A stretch of DNA of 64,000 bases, taken from assembly GCF_009914755.1 (NCBI RefSeq), contig NC_060937.1; one strand, given 5' to 3'. Positions 31,509 to 45,747 of this stretch are shown piece after piece. This DNA is from the human T2T-CHM13v2.0 reference genome, Homo sapiens. The translations under genes were made by a program, and so were the position numbers. The first letter of the stretch is position 1, and each line of letters begins with the position of its first letter. Under the pieces are notes generated by a model that ran no database searches, had not been told where the DNA came from, and saw nothing but the letters and a program-made list of their open reading frames with translations.

Positions 31509-32644
31509 TAAGCCTGGTTTTTAAAAGCTATTTTAAAAAGAACATTTTGACAATATACTTTTAATTTCTTGAAAGTGCACAGGTTGAAAGAAAATGCTTG
31601 ACTTTTCCCTTAATCTCTTCCTTAGGATTGGTTGCCCTTGAGGCAACATAGTCCACCTAGTTGCAAGTTACTGTGCAGAGTTTAGGGTCTTTTATTTCTT
31701 ATTTAACTGCTTCACTGCACTGCCTAGAGCTTGGTGCCCAGGAAATTTTGGCAAATCCTTCAAAAATGTCCCTGTAAAATAAGTAAGCATTCATTGGAAC
31801 AGACTTCCTGTGGCAAGCACCATTTTTTCTTCGCTTATCTAGCAACAAACATAGTCACAAATGTTTACCATTGAAAACAATGTCATAAGCCCATTATCCC
31901 TCATATAAGAACTAGGAAATGTATGGAGTAATAGAAATAATAATCATTACATGTATCTTCTTCTTCAAGGTAGAAGAATGGAGTTAACTCCATGTCTTCA
32001 GAAAAAGTCTATTGACTTAGAGTTGTGAATAAAATTAACACGATTTATTTTAAATTTTAATCACCTAAGGGTCATATAAAAGCCCCTTCAATTTCTAGTA
32101 AGTCACACTGGGCAAAGAAAATTGTAGAAATATAATACCACTCTCAGACAGTATCAAACGATAATGAAGTAAGAACTGATCCCGGGGGGTAAAACAAAAC
32201 AAAACAAAATTAACAATAAATGAAACAGCAACTGTGAAATCCAGCATCTTCTGACCACTTTGTTTAGGAGCAAAAATCTTTTTCAGTTCATACTAGCATA
32301 TAATATTTTGATAAAATACTTGATATTTGCCAACTAACCTTTTTTATTAAAAAAAAAAAGGTCACAGTATCAAGTCAGTGAAATAACATTTAAGATGACC
32401 ATCAGTGTTCTTACACAGGTCTGGACATTACAGGTGAAATCACTTAGCCATAGCATCTTCCAATTGAGAAAATTACATTTTTGATGACACTGAAGTCTCA
32501 TTTAAAACATTATTCAGTACATTCTGCTATTATTTTCTCACAGTCATGAACTATTACCACAATCTTAGTAGAGATAGTGGCAACAGAAACATTTGAAATC
32601 TCCATATTTTACCAAAAATTAAGATCAGAAATAGAAACATGCAT

Positions 32645-32800
32645 ATAATGCTATTATTTGCCACTGTTCAAAGCACCTTACTTATGTTATCTCAATAAAT
32701 CTTCACAATAACCATCAGTCTATCATTTGTCCTATTTTAAGAGCAGGAAATAAGTACAGAGCAATTAAGTAATTTGCCGAAAGTCACGGAGCTGCCTTCC
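32645..32800 (-). mobile_element. MIR SINE
   Basis: cttcacaataacc...cctatttta...attaagtaatttgccgaaagtcac. Confidence 0.7.
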
Positions 32801-33853
32801 CATCTAAACAGTGTTTCACAATATCTGAGAATCCTCTTGTCTTCAAAGGAAATTTATTACCAAGTTTTTTGCTTTAAACCTTCTGTGTATTTAAATTTAA
32901 ATGTTTATAATGTGGGGTTTAGTTGGCTATTGCCTGAGTGTGAGGTTAAATATGTGTTTCTGTTTCCTCTGAAGAGAGACATTATTCTAGTCTTGTAATT
33001 GTTTGTTTGTTGTATATTTCAAGGGAGAGTGGTAAAAAAAGAAGAGCTACAGAAAATATCAGTAAATTAGGACACATTAAACAATTTTTGCAAGCTATTA
33101 TTGAGCACCTACTGTGTACTGTGCTTGAATTCCTCCTATCATATCCCCACCTGGTGGTGACCTAGCCGCTGGAAACCTACATTCAGTTTTCAATCCAATA
33201 AAATGCCTATATCTATTTTATTTCTAAAAGAGTCCTAATTTACCAAAATTACAACTGTCTCTTACTTGAATGATATTGGGTATTTGGATTTACAAGAAGT
33301 GCCAATATGCATTCTTCCAACCTCCAAAGATTAATACATGCTTAGAACTGATCAACATCTTGCTAAATTTTTCTTTAATAACATGCCATTCATGTCCAAT
33401 AGGTTTACTTGTCATTGGACAAACAGAATATTTGTTCAGGGAGTAGGCACATTCATTATTTGCCGTAACCTGTATCCTAATTTGTTACTTCAGCCAATGA
33501 TGAGATGAGCGTCCCTTCATTAGCAAGAATGGAATATTTTAGAACTCAGCTTCATCATGGCTCTCTCCTGTTGTCTAAATATACTTCTATAAAATAAATT
33601 TATGCTCTCTGGAAGAACTGGATAGACAGAGGATTGCGATGTCTAGTCAGAACAGCGCACACACACACTTGTGCATGCACACACACACACACAGTTACCA
33701 CAGTTGTAAAGTTGGAGGGTTTAAAATTGGTTTTAAAATATGTGGCTTTTTAGATAAGGATCGTTTATGTAGTGATGAAATTGTATCATTCCTTCAAAAC
33801 AAGACCTGCCTAAAAAAAAAAAACAAAGAAAAAAATTACCCACTAAAAAAGCA

Positions 33854-34214
<361 letters not shown>

Positions 34215-37200
34215 TTACACAAAATAATGGAAATCTTGGGGATAATAGAACTGCTTGACAGAAGTTTTCTTTGCTGCAGAGTCTGCCAGAGTAGTTTTTA
34301 ACTTTGCATGAAGAGTGTCTATAACATGAGTTCTATCTGTGCAGTTACAGAATCACTAATTTATGGACTAAAGGTTACTTCCAGTGATACTCGTAGAATA
34401 AAATGTTAGGTCACTTTGACAAATAGGCTTATGATACCACATCTTTAAATAACTGTCAACAAAGAGAAGGCCATTGCTGTTAGGCAAGCCCAGCTGGGCA
34501 CGGTGTGAAACGCAATGGCCAGTGGGTAATTACCCGGTAGATCTCAGCAGTGTGACTAGGCAGTAAGGCAATTTAAACCCTGGTCGTCTGCACTTTCCTC
34601 AACCTACTGGCTAACTGAAGAGGATTTAATATAGGCAAAAAGAGATAAAACAGCGTTTCTAAATTTTATGAGGGAATGGGATGGGCAACATAGATATACT
34701 GTTTTTTCTTCTAGATCTGAATAAATACAGGATAAACACCCAGCCTGTATCCGAGAGCAACATTCTGCCTCCAGGAGAAACAAGAGTAAATATGGGTGTG
34801 GATAACAAGATTTTTCAGGAAAATCTTGCTCAGACCAGTCTGTTCACTAGCTGTGAGGTGAAGTTGCTGGTTATCTTTTGGATGTGTTTGATTAATCTTA
34901 CGTAAGTAATGCATTGGCATCAAGAGAAAAAAAGGATTATATTACTGATTTACAAGATCTGCCTTCCCAAAATTATGAGTCCTTCTTGGTTCCGTAGGCT
35001 GATTCTCAGTCTTCTATGTTTATACAGGAAGAAATGAGAACTGGCAATGAGGAGGTGGGAGATTGGATATGAAGATGTCAGGTAAGGAGGGAGATGGGAC
35101 ACAAGTGAACGAAGATACAAACTTCTACAAAATCTGTCAACATCATTGTTTAAGCTCTCATCGTTTATAATGCATCTATTGATTTATACAGCATATATGT
35201 TTAGTGCCATCTATAGCTAGGGGACAGATGTGAATAAGATACAGGCTGTGCTATCGTAGTTCCAAGACTACAGAATCTCAGGGCTGGAAGGCACATTCTT
35301 GCCCAATTATCCAGCTAAAGCATGAATCCCTTCTATCAAGTCTCTGCCAAAGTTTTATATTACACCATAGAGCTGGAATTAATAGCTAAAATGTATTCGT
35401 TCCTTGACAAATACTGCTGCTAAGCCATATTTATTCCTTCTCATGTTTATGCAGGAGATTTATTTTTGTTTAAATTTAAGTGCTCTATCTTGTGCATGTG
35501 CCCATAACACACCATCTTTAAAAACCTGACCTATTGTTCTTGCTTATTAAGAACTTCATGGAGCCAGGGGATTCATTCACCCTACCAGGACCGGGTTATT
35601 GACACCTATTATCATCAGGTCTTCATCACTTCACCTAACTCTTTATAAAAACGATCACCAAGGCAGAGTCCTATTGGCGAAACACAAGTCTGCCTGCCAG
35701 GCTGAACCTCTGCCATCTACATACAGAGAGGGTCAGCAAGTGTCCCGACAGGCTCCTAACTGAATGTTATTGTAGAAACTTATTCATGGCCAATCAAATT
35801 GTAAAATAAAGGGCTGTAAGGATCCCTACCAACAGAGTGACAGCAAGTTAAACAGAAAATAAACTGTTAGATCGTTTCCAAGAAATAATCAAGTATGCAT
35901 GAAGAGTACCTGTGTGTACTGATCTACCAAGGAGTCTCAGTTCACACTGTGGCCCAAGGCGGTTATTAAACAGACACCGATTCACCCTGAAAAGTATCTT
36001 GGTACAAACAATAAGTTATGTACTATGGCCCTGCCATGATGAAACAAATTTCTATCACTTCCTCCTCCTTAAAATTCCTTGGTAATATCTCCAAGGAGGG
36101 TTTAGGAAGCCATTTTCTCTCCCCCTTTTAATAATATTTGCAGAGTGTTTAGGCACCTGTGTCACTGAAGAGCATGAAATATTTGAGGCTTGTGCTCAGT
36201 TCATTGCTTCATTCCTAACAGCCATCCTGGTGCCTGGAACGTGGAGGCACTCCATACAAATTTGTTGAATGAAAACTGAATTAACGAATATTCGTGTTAA
36301 CCAATGGCCTAATCTGTCCAGTATGAGTCTATTACTATATTCTTAAGCCAGTGAGGACATATGGATACGAACATGAATCTCATCTGTTTGGATTATACTT
36401 TGCCTTTTGCCACATCTCACTTCAGGAATTTTATTTGCCCTGTCCTGTCACACAGTCAGCCTATCCTCTTGGTCTTCCAGGTAACAAATAACATTTTGCC
36501 TCCTGGCATGAGGCTTCTTTAGAGTTTAATTAAGTAATAGATCCCCATGCAATGGCCCTGGGTACCTACAACTGAGCAGGTTCATGGCTTCACACCCTTG
36601 CTCCCCATCTGCCCTCGTGAACACCTGAAGCAACTGGAGCTGGGTCTGTAACATGGAACTCCTGGTCAGAGACTTGGGCTCCTTGCTTTTATTCACCAAT
36701 ATTTGTCTGTTAAAATTTTCATTATCATTGAACATTCTATTTTGTTAGTTTCCCCTGACATAAATAAAATTTATCTATAGAAAAAAAAATGTTTGAATAT
36801 GACTTGCTCTAATTTTGCATAAAAACCCTATATTTGGTTTCCTCAACCATGGTCTATGTTCAGAGGCAGCACTCAAATTATCATCTGCTGACTCTCAAAA
36901 GACATTTAATTTAAGAAAAAACTGATTATTGAGGCCCTACTGTGTAGCACATATATTGTCCCATACATTCTGAATAATAAGAAAAATGAAATATTCAAGT
37001 GGCATGGCATTTTTCTCTAAGAGGGAAAACCTTATGAGATGCAATCTTTGTGCATTGGCTAACAGATGCCAGGAATACGATTTATTTTTAGAATAATTTT
37101 AGGCTCACTACAGAAAACAGTTGAGTGCATTTTCATAAAGTCCTCTGGTTTCCATGGCAAATGGGGCCATTATTTCTTCTGAAACGGAAGGCTTTTACTT

Positions 37201-37307
37201 ACACTTTCCAAATGCTTTTCATATTGTGCCAAAAACTCAAGTCAGTCTAGAAACAAGTACGCTAGTGGCTTATTGTCAAAAGCAGTTCTTAAGTAAAAAT
37301 GTGCAGC

Positions 37308-37322
37308 AGGTCAAAGTGACCT
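37308..37322. promoter_or_regulatory. Perfect palindromic estrogen response element (IR3)
   Basis: AGGTCA-AAG-TGACCT; motif only, function untested. Confidence 0.55.
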
Positions 37323-40110
37323 TCCATTCAGGCCTGTGGAGAACAGTGCGTAATACACTGCCGTCGAATGGCATGTGTGCCTCTTAGATGGAGGCAGTGG
37401 AGGAGGAAAGAGTGCCCATGACCCAAAGCATTTCATCATCGTGAGACATAAACCACAGTTGGTTCAGATGTTCTCTGTGAAAACGATGATAATTGTTTCT
37501 TATCTTATAAGATACAGGACCTGAAAATCACTTATATTCAAATCCACTTAATACCTAATATGCATCATGCATATTAAAACATAAAAAATAAAAACTATGT
37601 CATCTTGTGAAGCTCTGCTTAATTTTATGATGATAGGTGATGATATTTCTTCCTTAGAGGATCATGGAATCTTTAATATTGAATATTAAATGGATCTTGA
37701 AAATGCAACTAATTAGACTAATAAATATCAACATGCTATTTATATTGTTTACTGTTTCTTTGCTTATAAAAAAATTACGCAATAACAAATGGAAAATCAG
37801 TTACAAATTAAAACCACTAGATAAAAATTGAGGTTGAATTCTCCTTCCTTTCAGTATAAAATTTAGTCTATAGTGTAAATTTTTAATAATAGTGGAGTTA
37901 AATCTATAATGCTAAATCATATTTTTTCACTTAATATCAATGTTTATTAATTATTTTTTTAACTACCTATTTATATTTTTTATTGCAGTGTCTATGGGCA
38001 ATGTACAACTACTATATGACTAATATTTACATAGAACTAACATATAAGTATACTCAGGGAGGGACTATTTAAATATATGTGGCCCGGATAAACTAGTTGG
38101 GTTCAGCAAGGATAGTAACCTCTTCTGTCTGCTGAACACCAACCAATACAACATAGGCATTGACAAACTAGCACTACCGCAAACAGCCCTTAGTCTTTAT
38201 TTTACATCCTGAGTTTTGAAGTCAACTTGTTACCTTTCAGGCTCTTATCTCTATACTAGCATAAGCAGCTCCATTTTCACTCTTGCAAGATCTCAAGTCA
38301 CATTTGATAATATCCTGACCCCTAACCTTGCCTCTGTAATTTTCATTTTTGCAAAAGTGAAATTATTTTGGATGTATTTTTAAACTATGGCCAATCTAAA
38401 ATATATGTGCTGGGATAGCTGTAGCTACATGTTACAGAGTGCAGATAGATCATAAGGAATCGACAGTCATTCCAGAAGTGAGATTCACAGATACACGCTG
38501 TCTACTACAGCACCCCATAGGAGCCAGGTCAATGCTCAATGGTAAAAAAAATTAATGTAATTTTAGGACGTAAAAAGTTTAAATTCATTGGCATGAAGAA
38601 ATGGTTTGACTTTTCTCATAAATGTCCCCTACCATGCTACATTGAGCTTCTATTGTCCTCTTTCAGGTGTTTCCCTTAATGACATCTGGCTGGAGTACAT
38701 ACTTTCAGTCAATTTGGGTTATTTGCATAGTTTTATTTTAGTATTTAACACTTGGTTCTTTTTATCTTATTGGCCCATCTCGGTTTTGGTTTAAAGTCCA
38801 TTTTCTCCCTTTTCCCCAAACAGGTAAGAGTAAAATCCACAGGAACTGCATGATCGTATTGGAGTGGTTGGGCTCTCGTTTCTGTTTGGCTCTTCCAGTC
38901 ATGCAGTGAGGAGGACAGAAATGGAAACACAGATTTTTTTAACGATGACCTTCATTTCCTGGGCCAAGATCTGATCCTCTAGATTCCTACTTCTTTTAAA
39001 AGTCATCGTCAATGTCTGCACAGCATGTGTCACCATGCAGGCTCTCTTGGAGCTCAGATGTGGTTTCTACAGGAAGTCCCACAGAAGCCACAGTAATGCA
39101 CATTTTCTTGAAATGGGAAAAGATCTTCTTGTGCACTTATCTCTCCTTTCTTAGTTCCTACCACAGGTAAATCAATCTGAAGTCTTTTGCTCGTTCTTGG
39201 AGGTATCTACGCTACGGATTAAGTTCAGCCGTATCCTACCATGTCTACTTGACAATAAGAAAAGCAGGTGTCTTGGGGTGCTGGCTTCTTTACCGATTCC
39301 CCTCTCTTGGCTTCACCAGTTTTCTCCTCTGGTCTTTCTGTTCCCTTAAAAATATTAAACAGTGAGCAGGGCTGGTGCCTGACCAATCCTCATGAGAGAC
39401 AATCGTTAGTTCTGGTTTAGTGAGGGGAAAAGGCAGTTTGGTTCAGCACAAACATTACTGATGATTCCCTCAGGTTCTTCCTTTTCTAATTGTGGGAAAA
39501 GGAAACACCCAGCTCCTCCCCCACAGAAGAGGAGAGAGGCTCTTTTCATGAACTTTGCACTCCCTCCAAATTTACTTCCATCTCCCATTCCTTCATTTGA
39601 ATTTGCCAGGAGACAATGATTATGATGATGGGGCTAGCGGTGATGGTGACTGTGCAGTGGGAAGATTAGCTCTGGAACTTCTCTTTGAGCCTTAAAAGGA
39701 GGTAGCGAGTTCTAATTACAAGCAGCTTTCTAAACTTGGAACATATGGATACATAGCACTTTTTATTTTCAGCTTCGGTTTTTAGATAAATTAATGGACT
39801 GAAAAAAATATTCCAGAAGATACCTCATTGCATATACAATTATTTCTTTCTCAAACCAACCCTACCAAAATGTGCGTTTCTTCAAAGCCGTAATTTCCAA
39901 AGATTGTCAGAGAAATAAGAGATGTCAGAGGAATAATAGGAATAAATGGGTCAAATTCCTATTAAGATGTGTGAGATTCATAACGCCTTAAGAATTTAGG
40001 GTTCTTTACCTTCATAAAACAAGGTAGACCAAAGAAAGACATCTTTAAAAAGGACATTTCACCCAGTTGGCTTAAGAAGATACATGAAATGAAAACTTCG
40101 TGGTATCCTT

Positions 40111-40462
40111 ATATATTAGTTTGGGCTGCTGTGACAAAATACCACAGACTGGCTGGCTTAAACAACAGAAATTTATTTCTCACAGTTCTGGAGGGTGAGA
40201 AGTCCAAGACAAGTTGCAGGGGGATTCTGTTTTTGGTGAGGGCTTTCTTCCTGGTTTGCAGAAAACTGTCTTCTGCTGCATCCTCACATGCTGAGACAGA
40301 GATCATCTCTCTCCTGTCTCTACTTATAAGGGCACTAATTTCATCCTGAGGGCTTCACCGTCCTGACCGAACCACCTCCCAAAGGCCTCGTCTCCAAATA
40401 CCATCACCTTAGGGTTAAGGTTTCAAGATATAAATTTTAGGGACACAATTCAGTCCATAGCA
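40111..40462 (-). mobile_element. MLT1A/B-type MaLR LTR
   Basis: tattagtttgggctgctgtgacaaaataccacagactgg...acacaattcagtccatagca. Confidence 0.88.
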
Positions 40463-41317
40463 TTATACCAATTTCAGCCTTGAATGAGTTTATTGTTATT
40501 CATCGGTGTCTCTGTGAAAGTTTCATCAAAATCTTTCCCAAGAAAAGACAAAAATAATAGGATGATCTAACTGATACCACAGTTTTCTTCCAAATGAAAT
40601 GTTAATAGCCTAAGAGAGGCTATTATTAACAACCTTCTTATGTCCCAGTATTTTTTTTTTAAGTTTAGAACAGCTAGACAAGGCAGTGCTTGGTTTGGGA
40701 TGCTGATTGGATAACTGTCTAATTAGGGGAATAAAATCAGTGGGGTAAGATTCTGGCTGGAGGAAATAGACAGGGAAGATTATGATTTAGGAACTACTTT
40801 GATAGGAAAAGTCGGGAAAGCATGGCAACAACACAATATTTAGTAGGTAAAGAAATGGTCTAGTTTAGCCTCTCCTATCGAATTTCTATCTAGAAGGAAG
40901 TTAGGAGCAGAAATAATCTTGGGGTGGGAAGGGGATAGTGGTAATTAAGAGACTTCTCTTGGTAAATTTAGTGTTTTTAACAAAACCATATGTTTATTTT
41001 GAGTGCTTGAATAGACTAGTGGCAATTTCAGGAGGGCCAAATCTTTTAGACAACCACCCCTCAACAACACAAAGCAAACAAACAAAAATAACTTTCAATC
41101 ACCACTGATCAGCTATGCTGTGAGAGTTGGGGATGATAGAATGACCAGAAAGGTTTAGAATAGCTAAGAGGGCCAGAAGAACGTAAAGTGAGCACTGTTA
41201 TCTAGAAAGTGAAGATAAATCAGATAAACTGGCATCCAAGGGTTTGTAAATGATGTCTGCAAATGGCTTAGAAGGTTAACTCATGAAGGAAGAGGCAGCA
41301 GGTTAAACATTGGAATT

Positions 41318-41628
41318 CTTTTTTTTTCTTTTTCTTTTTTTTTTTTTTTTTTGAAACAGAGCCTCACTGTCACTCAGGCTGGAGTGTAGTGGTGTGACCT
41401 CAGCTCACTGCAACTTCCACCTCTCAGGTTCAAGCAATATTCTCCTGCCTCAGGAGAATATTGGGACTACAGGTGTATGCCACCACGCCCAGCTAATTTT
41501 TGTATTTTTAGTAGAGACTGGGTTTCACCATGTTGGCCAGGCTTGTCCCCAACTCCTGACCTGAAGTGATCTGCCCGTCTTGGCCTCCCAAAGTGCTGGA
41601 ATTACAGGCGTGAGCCACCAAGCTCAGC
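41318..41628 (-). mobile_element. AluS (Sx/Sz-like)
   Basis: Poly-T plus full dimer; candidate TSD tggaattct. Confidence 0.93.
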
Positions 41629-42826
41629 CGGATTGCCTGGAATTCTGATAATGGAAAGAAGGAATAAATACTGGATCATCCATTTCAAACCCTTTTAATT
41701 TAATAAATAATCTCTTTAATGGCTGCTTAATTTGAGAAGCAAGACTGATTTTTGAAACCCTGATGGCTTTTAAAAAATAGAATGTATAGGTTGGGAAAGA
41801 TGATGGAAGACCTATTGCCATTCATCTTACAAATGAAACATCAGGTATGTAGAATATATTATACTACAGCTTGAATTAGGAGTTGAATGTTCAACAAGGG
41901 ACTTTCAATTTTCATAAGTGATGATACTTTTATTTGATAAAGAAAAGTTTGGAGCACTCATTTGAAAACCAGATTTTAATGAGCCCTTGTTAATGTTTAT
42001 TGCTTTCAGTCCTCATTCGTGGCTTACAGTATATCTACTCGGAATAGCTCATTAACCTTGGCAAGTTTTCTGCATTGAGGCATAGGGATAGCCTGGCAGA
42101 AAATACAAGGTGCTTTGAGCACTTCAGAAAAAATTATATATACACATCTTGGCAAAAGTGATTAGCAGTCTCATTCGAAACAGCCCAAGTATCACCAAGT
42201 AAATCACATAGTGGAAAAAGTAAAAATAAAAGCCCAAAGCATTAAATGATTCTACTTGAATTGAAGAGAAGCATTAAAATCAACTGAGCAATCAGCAGTT
42301 TCAAGATGCCACTCAAGCAGATGACAAGCAAATTCCACAAACATCTAGGGCTGCCTTCAGCTTATCTCTGCTTGCTTATTTGGTCATATAGAGAGTATTA
42401 TCTAATAATTAAGGTAGCCAATTAATAGAGCTGCCACAGAAAAATATAAGTATATTAACATCTCAGGTGATAATAGCTTGCTAATAGATGATAATAAATC
42501 AATATTTGCCTTCAACATTTGTTGGAAAAGCTTTTACCTTGAGATCTTTTGACTTAGTTGGAAGCATACAGAGACATTATAGCCCAGGTTTTCCCTCTTT
42601 AGTTTCTCTAACAGTGGGAGGGGTTTCCTCAAAAGCCTTATCTGCCTTAACAACCCTTGTACAGATATCTGATTCACTAACAAATTACTGTCTTTTATTC
42701 CCTATCTAGAGAAGATGTAATAATCATACTTGTTTTCTAATACTCAAGACTTTGAAAAATGATATTACATCTATATGACCTTTTATCTGTACAAAACATC
42801 AGGAAACTTTAAAAATCAGACAGGAA

Positions 42827-43097
42827 CACTTTGGGAGGCTGAGGTGGGAAGATCATGAGGTCAGGAGATCGAGACCATCCTGGCCGACATGGTGAAACCC
42901 CGACTCTACTAAAAAAAAAAACACAAAAAATTAGCCAGGCTTGGTGACGGGTGCCTGTAGTCCCAGCTATTCAGGAGGCTGAGGCAGGAGAATGGCATGA
43001 AACTTGGAGGTGGAGCTTGTGGTAAGCTGGGATCGTGCCACTGCACTCCAGCCTGGGTGACAGAGTGAGACTCTGTCTCAAAAAAAAAAAAAAAAAA
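42827..43097 (+). mobile_element. 5'-truncated AluSc/Y
   Basis: Begins at cactttgggagg; TSD aaaaatcaga on both sides. Confidence 0.93.
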
Positions 43098-43499
43098 TCA
43101 GAGATGAAATTTAGACTAATTCTCAAGGGTCATTGGAATCCATATGTCACAATTAACATCAGAGTCACCCTTAGCGTAACCAGCCCATCACATTATATTT
43201 CACTATTTGCAAAGAGGAAAAAACAAAAATGAGCTTTAACTCTTAAAAGTATTGAAGTAATCTTAAAATGGGTCCACATTGGTTTTAATATTAAGAAGAA
43301 AAATCTTTAAAAACAAAAAGAAGCAATTTCTAAATAGATCCTCTGGTATGTTACAATAGAAGGTTATTATCAATTATATATTGAAGGAAATCTATATGAA
43401 CAGCACATGCGTACTTGTGGTAATTAACTTTGATGTTTATGCCATCCTTTTCTTAAGCTAAAATATTTGAACAAATAAGAGAATGTGTATTTCCAAAAG

Positions 43500-43710
43500 A
43501 GACAATATGGGATAGTGTTTCGGAGTCTCTGCTCAGTAACTTAACTAGCTCTGAGCTTTTCTGCAAGTTACTTCATAGACTCCTTATGCTTCCTTTAGTT
43601 ATCAATAAAAATAAAGGTAATAATACAAGAATTTAATAATAATTTAATGAAAAGATGTTTGAAAAATGCTTAGCAGAGCTCCTGGTGCCAGACACATAGC
43701 AGCTAATTAT
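43500..43710 (+). mobile_element. MIR SINE
   Basis: ctagctctgagc...gcaagttactt...aaaatgcttagcagagctcctgg. Confidence 0.6.
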
Positions 43711-43984
43711 CTTAAGTAAAATGAAAATTAAAATTGGAAATATACATTTACATAGTGCTAGTTGTTTTAGCTTTGTTCGAGCTCGTTACAGAGCTTAACA
43801 GAAAAAAAAATTATAATTGGAATGCTCTAGAAGAAAGAATACTTGGGATGTTCCTCAACAACAAAACAATTCGAACACTGCAGACCCTAAATGGAGAAAT
43901 CCGAAAACAGTAAAAAGCAATGGGGCTATCTTTAAGTGTCTTAGAAATGAAGTACATAAATTAGGATTAGTATATGGACTGTAA

Positions 43985-44333
<349 letters not shown>

Positions 44334-45747
44334 GAAGAAAATGTTTTTAGGAAATATTAGAACATAACAATCTAATGATTACATAAATTCTTTCTGTTTG
44401 AGTATATGAATGTTTATACGTGTGTGTATATGTTTGCATATACACACATATATATACAGATAACTTTATAATTCAAATATATATGATGATAGAACACACT
44501 TTGAAAGGAATTATATTTAAAATTTCCTTTTTCAGTGTCAAAAATGAAAGTAAGATCTTCTTATCCTATTATTCCTATGATAGGTTGATTACTTTCTTAT
44601 GTTGTCAGACAAAGAATTTTTCACTGTTTTTGTAAATGTTCCAAGGTCTGAAAGCCAAATTATTTGGTGTAATTCCAAATTATATACAATTTTTTGGAGA
44701 AAAAGGCTTTCTGCCATGTTCCCATGGTTTTACTAATATGTTATGATTTGTTGAGTATCTATTCCAAGTTATATTCAATCTCCTAGAGAAAAGGTTTTGC
44801 ATGTCCACATGCAATTATTCTAATATGAATTATTATTTTCATTTTGTATTTCACTGTTAATTTTATTTAAAAGTACCAAGGTTACGGTTTCTACAAGCAA
44901 AGTGGCAGATAATGTCCCAGAAGCATTTTCTCTCCTCCTTTTCTCTCTCTGATCTTCTGCATGTGCCTGCACACACACAGAGAAAGACACAGACACACAC
45001 ACACACACACACGAGATGCATAAACACATACACACAGCTGTGTGACACTCATTGGCCAAAAATGAAAGAATGTTGTAACCCATTACAAATCCCTTCCTGG
45101 GCCTCTTCAAGTGTCTAAAATTAGAGAAAGCCAAGCTAAATTCAGAGCAGCCTCCTCACACAACTGTAGTCAATGACCACAGCTGGCAACTTAAAGGCAA
45201 AAAAGCAAATCCTGAGACATGGCTAGGATCCACCACGGAAGCAAATCTAAATGGAAGCAGTCAGCGCCACACAGGGTGAGCTGGGGAGGGTCATCTGCAT
45301 GTCAGTTGGCTCCAGCAACTGATACCAGGTCATTTCTTTTTTAAGTATTGCCCTCGGAGGCACAGAAAATAGCTTGTTTATACCCTACTCTTATCTTCTG
45401 CTTCTTATTCTTTTTCCATTTGTTTTATTTTTTCTTTCTTCTGAGGCACAAAGATTACAAATTCAATCTGCAGGAATAATTTTATCATTTGGGGAACAGT
45501 ATTAACTTGCTTGCCTCCCGGGGTGTGGATGGCCAAATTTATATCCTGTGTGAATGAATTCCCTCATGGGGTTACTTAATGTAAATCTGGCTTTGAGAAC
45601 AGCCAAGTTCTTCCATTGTCCAAAGTATCTAAATAGTGGAGAATTCTGGAAAGCTACGGTATGGCTGACACACATTTGGCAATGTCGGACTGAGTCTTAG
45701 GATTCTGCAGAACCTTCCAAATATCAAGTGCAAAGAAGTGACACTGT

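Noticed and set aside
38096-38143. Imperfect hairpin gttgggttcagca...tgctgaacaccaac
   Set aside because: The stem is too short and interrupted to call a pre-miRNA; may be an old TE remnant or chance
39292-39345. Possible minus-strand mini-exon (ttttaag/GG...CG/gtaaag)
   Set aside because: Splice-like signals only, with a weak polypyrimidine tract and no partner exons; needs RNA evidence
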